A stretch of 64,000 nt of DNA from the NCBI GenBank assembly GCA_951406725.2, contig OX597814.1, forward strand, positions 80,414,001 to 80,478,000, written 5' to 3'. Position numbers and translations under genes: made by a program. Below, piece by piece: positions 54,600 through 64,000 of the stretch. The notes beneath the pieces were generated by a model, which worked only from the letters and a program-made list of their open reading frames with translations, was not told the origin of the DNA and did no database searches. Numbering within the stretch: position 1 is the first letter of the stretch; every line of letters begins with the position of its first letter. Source of the stretch: Octopus vulgaris (Eukaryota).

Positions 54600-55720
54600 T
54601 GAAGTTGTCCTCGCGCCAACTTTCTTCAGCATCTTCATCAGCATGATGCTCTGGCTGGCCACTGCAAACCTCGATGCGATGGCGTCTACATTAGGTACCG
54701 TCTGGATGGCCGCCTTTTCAACCTCCGGCGCCTAGAAGCATACACCAAGATCCAAGAGTAACTGATTCATGACCTCCTCTTTGCAGATGCTGCTGCACTT
54801 GTCGCGCACACAGAAAGAGCCCTGCAGCGCATTACATCCTGTTTTGCAGAGGCCACTCAGCTCTTCGGGCTGGAAGTAAGCATGAAAAAGACTGAAGTCC
54901 TACACCAACCAGCTCCTCAAGAAGAGTACAGCCCGTACCGAAACAGAACTGAAGTCAGTACAGCAGTCCACTTATCTTGGATGTACCATCTCATCAGATG
55001 CGAGTATCAACAAAGAAATTGACAGCAGACTCGCAAAGGCAAACAAAGCATTTGGTAGACTGTATAAGCGTGTGTGGAACAACAAGAATATTAAGATCGG
55101 CACAAAATGTCAGCGGCTACAGGGCTGCCGTTCTCACGACGCTTCTATATGGCTCTGCGTCCTAGGTCCCCTACTTCTATCATCTCAAGCTCCTTGAACC
55201 TTTTCACCAACGCTGCTTCCATACCATCCACAACATTTACTGAAGCGACTGCATCATCAACACTGAGGTCCTCGAGCGAGCAAAGGTCACCAGCTTGGAA
55301 GCCATTTTACTTGAGACATGACTGCGTTGGGCAGGGCACGTTGACAGGATGTATGGTGAGCTCACTACTGGCCAACGCAAGAGGGTAGCACCATGGTAGC
55401 GTTGCAAGGACTGCCTGAAGCAGTCCCTTAGCATTTGTGACATTACTTATCGCGAGTGGTCTACTCTTACAGCTGACCGTGTCACTCGGCGCCATACCAT
55501 CAGCGATGTTGTTTCTTCCTTTGAGATCTCTCGCAGTTCCTCTGATGAAGACAAACGTCAGAGGCGAAAAAATAATGCAACTGTATCATGAGACCCTGAA
55601 CAATTGTCGTCACTACAATCGGATATGTCGATCCCACATCGGTCTTATCAGCCACGAATGAGAGTGCAGACGACGTGGACAACAGCCTTCGTCAGCGAAG
55701 CAATTGCCAAGAAACAAGAA
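54600..55720 (+). mobile_element. RTE/BovB-clade LINE, 5'-truncated, degraded
   Basis: VLAPTFFSIF, GVYIRYRLDGRLFNLRRL, DLLFADAAALVAHTERALQ, KKTEVLHQP, YLGCTISSD..EIDSRLAKA, LRWAGHV, terminal CRSHIGLISH and a short AAGAA-type tail. Confidence 0.95.
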
Positions 55721-56223
55721 GGAAAATATGAAAGAACATACATATTTTGCTAATGTTTTAGTCAGGAGGAAAGAACAGTGTTCATGATCCTTCTGAAAAT
55801 GGTGACATTGATACGGAGGACACTCTGTTCGAATATCGATCTTATAAAGGAAACGATGTCGGCGAGAGGAGGGATTTCAGAGGGTTATCGTTCTTGAGAG
55901 AAAGGATTGAGACTATGGTTAATGTGATGCCTGGGAGGTCCTGGGTAGCTCTGGCATCTATTCTTACTCTTTGGTGGACGTCATGAAAAATACTTAACTT
56001 CTTGAATTAAATGATAATCGTTAAAATGTACTGAAGTTCAACTCTCATTCAGAGAACATACAACAGGTAAATTAAGGCCGAAGATGAAGTACACTGACTC
56101 AAAATCGCAATATTTTAACTTATGGCTTGACGGCACCGCTGGATTAACCCATTAAGCAAAATAAGCACGTGCTTAGGACATCAAGGGATGGAGGCACCGC
56201 AGAAATAACAATGGTTTGCGGAT

Positions 56224-56463
56224 AAGGCGACGAGCTGGCAGAAACGTTAGCATGTCGGGCAAAATGCTTAGCAGTATTTCGTCTTGTCTTTATGTTCTGA
56301 GTTCAAATTCCGCCGATGTCGACTTTGCCTTTCATCCTTTCGGGGTTGATAAATTAAGTACCAGTTACGCACTGTCGTCGATGTAATCAACTTAATCCCT
56401 TTGTCTGTCCTTGTTTGTCCCCTCTATGTTTAGCCCCTTGTGGCCAACAAAGAAATAAGAAAT
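56224..56463 (+). mobile_element. SINE family A with an approximately 21-bp target-site duplication
   Basis: Full head to tail. AGAAATAACAATGGTTTGCGG precedes it (56201-56221) and AGAAATAAAAATGGTTCGCGG follows (56458-56478). Confidence 0.9.
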
Positions 56464-58609
56464 AAAAATGGTTCGCGGCACGAAAGAATTCACTTTAAAC
56501 TTGCTAAAATAATATTCGTAATGTCTTATATTTGCTAAGTATAGAAGCAGAAAGTTTACATAAAAGTAATTTTAAGGACATCATCGAACGCTTTGCAATT
56601 AAAAAAAAAAGAAAAACGGAAAAACTTTTCAAATATAAATAAAGTGGAAGCATACAAAAATAAACATTATTTTCCATCTTACTGTGAATTTTATTTCATT
56701 TTGAAAAATAAGAATTTATTTTATGGTTTATTATCGTTTACATTTTTAATTATTTTTGTTTACATTTCGAACCATTTACATATAGTTGAGGGCACCGCTC
56801 TTGAACACTGTCCTGATGTTGCTTGAATCACAGATCTGAAATTTTTCCCGACGTGCACGTTATGTAAGGCAGACTGACAGAGGCAGCTCAGCCCTCGTAT
56901 TTCTGACATTGGTAGCTGATACTAGGCTTCCAGAATTGTTGTTACTATGCAGAGTTTTCCTAAACTTGATAATTTCTTGTTGGCTTTTGTGTAGGTCGCT
57001 GTTGTTAGCTTATATGTAGGTCACAGATGAATCCTATCGTCACACTCTACGGATGATTGGAATCAAAGTTCGATTATTGCTGGCGAAATATGAGTTTGCC
57101 ATATGCGGATGCGGAAATTCATATGCGATGCAAGGTTATTAGCACATCCAGTAAAGCCAATTTATTATCTTTTTTCTCTCCTATAGTGAACGACACTTGA
57201 CTTGCAATCAACAATGAGGCAAATTAGCAGAGTTGACCGAGTTTCGGGCAGAATATCTTGCAGTATTTGTTTCAGATCTTTTCGATCTGAGTTCAAATCC
57301 TATCGCTGTCAATTTTGCCATCCTTTTGGAGTCGATAAATAAGTTTCCAGTGAAGGTTTTGTCCCAATTTTGTTTTTGTTTTTTTTTTGTCTCACCTTCC
57401 TTTTCCTTGTTCCATGAGAGGGTTCGCGGGGCACCATGTATAATTCACGCCATCATCTCCCCACCACCACCACCACCAGCACAACCAAATGGAGAAAGAT
57501 TGAGGGAATGGTTCGGAACATCTCATAACATGTTACTGGAAATGTGAAGGTCGGACTGATGTGCAGTATAGCACGGAACGGAAATAAAGAAGAAAAAAAA
57601 TTAAAGAACTGAATGTGTCAGTACGTTGGAATGGGTCATTATAATTTTAATAGGCTAAAATGAAAACATATCTTCACCATTAATCATTGGTTCATTTGGT
57701 TACATTACTTGATGTATAAACAGCAAGTAATGATTTCTTAGGATGTAATGAAATACATAACCTAAATTCTGTAAATTAAATGTGCAAGTCGTTAATGTTT
57801 ATTTTTAATTTGCAAATAATCAACCTTTTGCCTGTCACGTATATTACATGTGATACACAGAACATATTTGCCTGTTGTCCATGCATCATATAAGATACAG
57901 GCTCCCAATTTTTTCAACCACCAGAGTAACTTGAATCTTATGAAAGGAAAAGCTTTTTATTACTCAGAACGTATGAAACGAGGGCTAACTAGAAGTCTGA
58001 AAACAAGCATGGTTATTTAGGATAAACTTAAATGCTTTGGATGGGAAAAGGATTAATTCGTGTTCTAACGTGAAGTAATTTATTTGTATACGTATGAAAT
58101 TTTAATTAATTATGTGGATTGTGCTAAAATAATAAGTTAAGAGTTATATAAACACGCAAAAAATGTACAGAGAGTAATTTCCTTCGTAATAAACATTTAG
58201 TCAGTTAGTTAATAAGTTAATTAGCTAATTAATTGCTTACTCATTTAGTCCGTTTGTTTATATTTATCTCCGTTTGTAATTTCAAATATTTATCAACAAG
58301 TTGTAGGATAAATGAAGGCGGTGCCGTTGTGATGTTTTCCGTCAAAGAAATATTACAAGTAATCATATATATGATAACTATTTTAATGCATCCATTTATC
58401 AAGAATATTAAATGAAATATGAATTATTTGAACTTCTTTTTAAAATTATGAACACGCTATATACATAGTTATTTCAAGAATGTATAATGCATTTTGGAGT
58501 GATTTATTATTTATGAATACCGGACGATCCGAACAAAAAAGATTAAGCAAACTACATCTCTGTGCGTGTGTGCACGCATGTGTGCGTGAATGTGTGTGTG
58601 ATATACACA

Positions 58610-58666
<57 letters not shown>

Positions 58667-58672
58667 TCTTTT

Positions 58673-59062
58673 GGTGGAGGCACAATGGCCCAGTGGTTAG
58701 GACAGCGGACTCGCGGTCATAGGATCGCGGTTTCGATTCCCAGACCGGGCGTTGTGAGTGTTTATTGAGCGAAAATACTTAAAAGCACCACGACGCTCCG
58801 GCAGGGGATGGTGGTGATCCCTGCTGTACTCTTTCACCACAACTTTCTCTCACTCTTACTTCCTGTCTCTGTTGTACCTGTATTTCAAGGGGCCGGCCTT
58901 GTCACTCTCTGTGTCACGCTGAATATCCCCGAGAACTACGTTAAGGGTGCACGTGTCTGTGGAGTGCTCAGCCACTTACACGTTAATTTCACGAGCAGGC
59001 TGTTCCGTTGATTCGGATTAACCGGAACCCTCATCGTCGTAACCGACGGAGTGCTTCCACCC
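58673..59062 (+). mobile_element. tRNA-derived SINE family C
   Basis: A box TGGCCCAGTGG and B box GGTTTCGATTCCC, then about 300 bp of tRNA-unrelated body; no canonical acceptor stem. Confidence 0.8.
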
Positions 59063-59074
59063 ATATATTATTTT

Positions 59075-59426
59075 AATTGTTTCAGTCATTTGACTGCGGC
59101 CATGCTGGAGCAAATCGACTCTAGGACGTATTCTTTGTAAGCTTAGTCACTTATCCTATCGGTCGCTTTTGCCGAACCACTAGGTTATGGGGACGTAAAC
59201 ACACCAGCATCGGTTGTCAAGCGATGTTGGGGAAACAAACAGAGAAACATATACATACGTATATATATATACATATATACAACGAGCTTCTTTCAGTTTC
59301 CGTCTACCAAATCCACTTACAAGGCTTTGGTCGGCCCGCAGCTATAGTAGAAGACACTTGCCCAAGGTGCCACGGAACCATGTGGTTGGTAAGCAAGCTA
59401 CTTTCCACACAGCCACTCCTACGCCT
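59075..59426 (-). mobile_element. SINE family B, full-length
   Basis: Reverse strand runs from AGGCGTAGGAGTGGCTGTGTGG to CAGTCAAATGACTGAAACA. Confidence 0.9.
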
Positions 59427-59456
59427 ATACACACACACACACACACACACACACAA

Positions 59457-59534
<78 letters not shown>

Positions 59535-59538
<4 letters not shown>

Positions 59539-59599
59539 GAAAGTTTTAGTAGCACTCCGGTCAACGGCCATATATATATATATATATGTATATATAGGC

Positions 59600-59679
<80 letters not shown>

Positions 59680-60203
59680 GCCTATATATATATATACGCC
59701 TATATATACATATATATATATATATCTGGCCGTTGACCGGAGTGCTACTAAAACTTTCTTTCAGCTCGTGCTTTCAACAAGCATACATCGACTTATCTGT
59801 CTTTCGCAAGCCGATTTTTCACATGCGTTCTAACTAATTTTTCCACCGTCTAGGCCGAAAAAAGCCCTTATTGTTGGTTTCCTTGTCCTGTTATTCATTA
59901 TTTGTACTGTTTTTTCTTCATTTGTATTGTTTTTACGTCCTGTTCTTGTCACTTGTTTTACCCCTCTGCAAAAGAATTTTATTTAATTCCTTTTGCAGGA
60001 AGGATTGTTTCGGCCAGGCCGTGTTCTGCCCTTACCTTCGAAACACGCATTGAGTCGAACCAGGGGCAGCTGATGAAGGGGAATTTTCCTTGTATTGTTT
60101 GTCCTGTACTCTGTTTTTTCGTTGTTAAAAAAAGTCCGTTTCCTTGTTTGATTTTATGTTTTCGTTTCTCGTTGTGTTCTACGTTTATTTGTGGTGTCCT
60201 GTA

Positions 60204-60207
<4 letters not shown>
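59535..60207 (+). mobile_element. Microsatellite-embedded Penelope-type tail (59727-60207) with an inverted copy of its first 36 bp
   Basis: 59535-59570 is the exact reverse complement of 59727-59762 across a (TA)n spacer. GAAAC..GTC..CTGATGA motifs at 60040-60076. T-rich tail ends in (TA)n. Penelope assignment is inferred. Confidence 0.6.
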
Positions 60208-60247
<40 letters not shown>

Positions 60248-60374
60248 TGTATATGTACATATAGATGTAAGTATGTACATATATGTATGTATATATGCAT
60301 ATGTTTTATTTATTTATCATATTGTTATTATATGACCGAACGCACGCGTTGTTTCTCTTCTCTAAGTAAGTTTT

Positions 60375-60469
<95 letters not shown>

Positions 60470-60603
60470 GATAATTAAAAAGGAATGTAAAAATACATTA
60501 CGAAGGATATATCATATACATGTATACATATATACATACATAAGTATATATATATATAAATGGAGTTTAATTGTTAACAAGGGAAAATACACACATATAT
60601 ATA

Positions 60604-61121
60604 CCGTAAATTCTCGAGTATAGTCCGCCCTTGAGTATAATACGCAGGGGATTTTTAGGGAGCTGTACGTCTGAAAAATCTAAACTTTGTGTATAATACG
60701 CACCCCTTCTCTAACTTGAGTCGTGCGTAATTAAGCCAGCAGCACCTAGTCGAACAAACACTTCCGCGCATGCATAATACAATAATGGTGATGTTCTTAA
60801 CTGTTATATGGGAATGTAAATGTTTGCAAATTGTTTTTGTTACATGATATTCTGTTTTCTGAATACTTTTATTTTAATAAATGTTGCTTACTGTAAGTTA
60901 TGGATGATTCTAGTATGACTTCATTGCTTTCAGGCTAAACTTATGGTATTTTCGCGTCCAACATCACAAAATGCGTCTGAATAAACATTATCGGACTGCA
61001 AATAGAGACTAGGATATTGCTTATAAAATGTTTTTCATTTTTAACCTCGTATATAGTACGCACTAGGGATTTGACCTTTAAATTTTGGGAAAAAATGCGG
61101 ATTATACACGAGGATTTACGG
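60604..61121. mobile_element. MITE with pogo/Tigger-type TIRs
   Basis: TA|CCGTAAATTCTCGAGTATA ... TATACACGAGGATTTACGG|TA, with internal subterminal repeats (GTATAATACGCA). Confidence 0.9.
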
Positions 61122-61839
61122 TATATATAAATAGATAATTAAAAAAGAATGTAAAAATACATTACGAAGGATATATCATAAACAAGGATTAATTATCAAT
61201 GAATATATCAATGGCCAAACATGAAATAATAAATTACATAAAAGAAGAGCATTTATAATTATGAATAAATCACAATTATAACGAAGAGGGTTGCAAAAAC
61301 CCTTATACGTTTAGAAATAGCAGTCAGAAACCACAATAAAGCCACTATTATCACTCACATTTTATCTCCTCACAATAAAGCTGTCTGTGAGCGACATGAC
61401 ATATAAAATCCACAGTTTAAAAATAAAAAGTTAATTTTTATAGCGGACTGGATGAAAGATTTGATATCAGCTCAATATGATATAGTCCACTACTGAATGT
61501 AGCGTGTAAATGTAACGCTTTAAGATTCTCGCGTCGAAGTACCAATTAACATCGAAAAATCAACACCAAAAAGGAAGAAATATTATTTACATATGTTTAT
61601 TCGTTTGCTCGACAGGTAGTTAAAGAGACAGTTGCAATTCTAGAGATAGTGACAACATCGATGACTCGCTGTTTAGCAGTTGATAGCGTAGAAAAATGTT
61701 GTGTGTCAGTAGAGAGGGAAAAAGTTAGGAATGCACGGTGCTGACTAGGAAGGAGGTAAGGATAGAGGTGGTATCGTCTTTCTCGCGGCCGAGGAAAGTG
61801 CTGCTCTTGGTCATAGCTGACACAAAAAAGCGTGTTGCT

Positions 61840-62760
61840 CTAGTACCTTCGGTCGAGAATTACTGGCAGTGTATCTCGCCGTCAAGCATTTTTGACACAT
61901 GCTGGAAGGTCGCGTTTTCTCCATTTATATAACCATAAACCGCTGTTTTATGCCTTCAACGCCAAGCCCGATCGTCACTCACCCAGGGAAGTCCGACATC
62001 TAGACTGTGTTGACAGATTTTCTTGCTGGCCGGAAGCTTTTCCCCTATCGGACACTTCTGCGAAAACTGTGGCCAAAACGCTAGTGTCTCACTGGGTTTC
62101 GCGTTTCGGCACACCCGCAATGATCACCACCGACAGAGGACGACCGTTCGATTCCCACCTTTTCACCGAGCTGACTCGTCTCCTCGGGTGTAAACACACC
62201 CGCTCAACAGCTTACCACTCCGCAGCAAATGACATGGTTGAACGCTTTCACCGCCAACTCAATGCGGCTATAAAAGCATATCCAGACTGTTCCAAGTGGT
62301 TGGAATATCTCCCTCTCATCCTCCTTGGTATTCAATCTATGGTTAAGGAAGGAGTTGGGCATACTCCGGCTGAATTGGTTTATGGCACGGCATTCGCCTT
62401 ACCTGGGCAGATGATCGACCCTGTTTCACCACAAGACTTTCCGGACCCAGCAAAATATGTTCACCGCTTACGGACATCCATGTCGCATTTGTCCCCTGCA
62501 GGCTCCAGACAACACAACATCGCTTCACATGTCCCAAAGGACATCAATACTTGGACGCGTGTTTTCGTTAGAAATAATGGAATACATTCTCAACTTCGAT
62601 CACCATATTCTGGGCCTTACAAAGTAATTCAAAAAGAACCAATATATTTCGTTCTCGATATTGGAGGAAAACAAAATACTGTCTCTGTTGATCGCTTAAA
62701 AAAAAAGCATTCGTCGAAGAGGACTTACTTTCAGTTCCCGCCGTTCCTCAAACGGACTCA
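61840..62760 (+). mobile_element. Ty3/Gypsy pol fragment (end of RNase H + integrase), internally deleted
   Basis: STFGRELLAVYLAVKHF*HMLEGR, HKPL.YAF..SPREVRHLD, then CVDRFSCWPEA..ITTDRG..MVERFHRQL (DDE) and PYSGPYKV (GPY/F). Confidence 0.95.
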
Positions 62761-64000
62761 TCAACTTCACCTTCACCCATCGCAAACACCTCAGATTCTG
62801 CAGAACTCCGGCACACCAAATCACGAAGAACAGTTCGATGGCCCACAAGGTTTGTTCAAGTCTTTCGAGCAAGTACAAACATTTCACTTACCCATCTTCT
62901 CAATTATAATGTCCACAATACCCACATCAGAAAATAAAAACAAATATTTTTTTTCTTATGGTTATGAACAATTTACACATACATAACCCAAGTGACTCTG
63001 CATCACTCGCATACAAACCAAAAGAAAACAAAGAAGATTTTGTATATATAAAAATAACATTTTTCTATATCAACGAAAATCATTTTTTATGGACATTTTT
63101 CTGCTAATTGAACTGACTGAACATTTCACCAAACGAACTTTTTCCACGAACATTTTCATTTTTCTGTAAAATTAGATTTCCTTGCATGTACATATGTTTT
63201 GTTTCGTTTTTAAAATGATTTGCTCTCTACATCACACCTGTATGCTTACACACACTTTCACCACTCATATTTTAACGTGTGCTATCACTTGCTCTCCGCG
63301 CCACTGAAAAGCAACTTACTTGTATTAGACCTCTAGTGGCTCGCGTAATCAATAGAATTGCATATCTCTTTCAACGCGCTAGCATATGACATTTATGCTT
63401 CTGCCTACGTATATACACATTGCCTAATATATTGCACACACCAACTCTGAACGTCGATTTTTTGCTTTACATTTTTTTATTTTCCATTTCTTTCACTTCC
63501 CATGTTTTTTAAATTAAACTGTATTCATTTTTCTGCATTACACACAAAATCACACATTTTCAATATCACACGCATCTGTATCGTGTGATATTGTGGCTTT
63601 CTCACTAGAATCTCTGTGGCTTTCTCACTAGAACTGGGGTAGTGTAAAAACTGACACTTCCTTTTTCCGAGCTGAGATTCGAAACCGAATCTAAAGATTT
63701 TCGCTTGTCTGATCCATGAACAGGCGCGAAAGAAATTTCTTTGTCCTGTCAAAAAGTGATGGATGGATTTCCCTTCGACCTAGGGCCTGAGCCGTGTCAT
63801 TTAAGGTTCAAGTGGACAGGAGGCGACCTACGTAGGTAGAAATTACTCCTGTGGTATGTCTGTCCTTCTAGCTGTCATAACCATTATAAATAGTTAGACA
63901 TACGACAGAGGCAGAGAGAACCATCACCAAGCAGACAACCAGCAAGTAACTTGCGCCAGTCAAGCAGCCAACATAGAACCACATATTCAGCACAGTAGCA

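Noticed and set aside
58676-58750. tRNA gene
   Set aside because: A and B boxes are present, but there is no proper cloverleaf acceptor stem and it continues into a SINE body.
61892-62986. 364-aa ORF as an intact or domesticated gene
   Set aside because: TTG start, both ends are out-of-frame junk, and there is an internal deletion; it is a Gypsy pol relic.

Overview
Eukaryotic, AT-rich, repeat-saturated animal DNA. The repeat landscape (dense TA/TG/GATA/trinucleotide microsatellites, tRNA-derived SINEs, Dong/R4, RTE and Penelope remnants) resembles octopus or other coleoid cephalopod genomes as I recall them; this assignment is an inference. No intact host protein-coding gene is recognisable, and most listed ORFs are microsatellite artefacts. 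Recognisable transposon relics are a Neptune-like Penelope element (RT + GIY-YIG), a rosa/DD41D mariner with TIRs, CR1-like, RTE and Dong/R4 LINEs, hAT, pogo and Chapaev3 transposase fragments, two CCGTA-TIR MITEs, a Helitron Rep fragment, a non-autonomous Helitron and a Gypsy RNase H-integrase fragment. Two minus-strand segments have good splice signals (17610-18325 and 53055-54150) and may be host exons. The most unusual signal is a set of short Penelope-type elements sitting in (TA)n/(TG)n tracts. Several form long fold-back hairpins (3061-3228, 27089-27292, 36644-36900, 59535-59762), two share a base-paired fold despite diverged sequence, and the Penelope tail carries a minimal hammerhead-like motif with U in place of A6 in four copies. 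All translations and pairings were done by eye; no searches were run.
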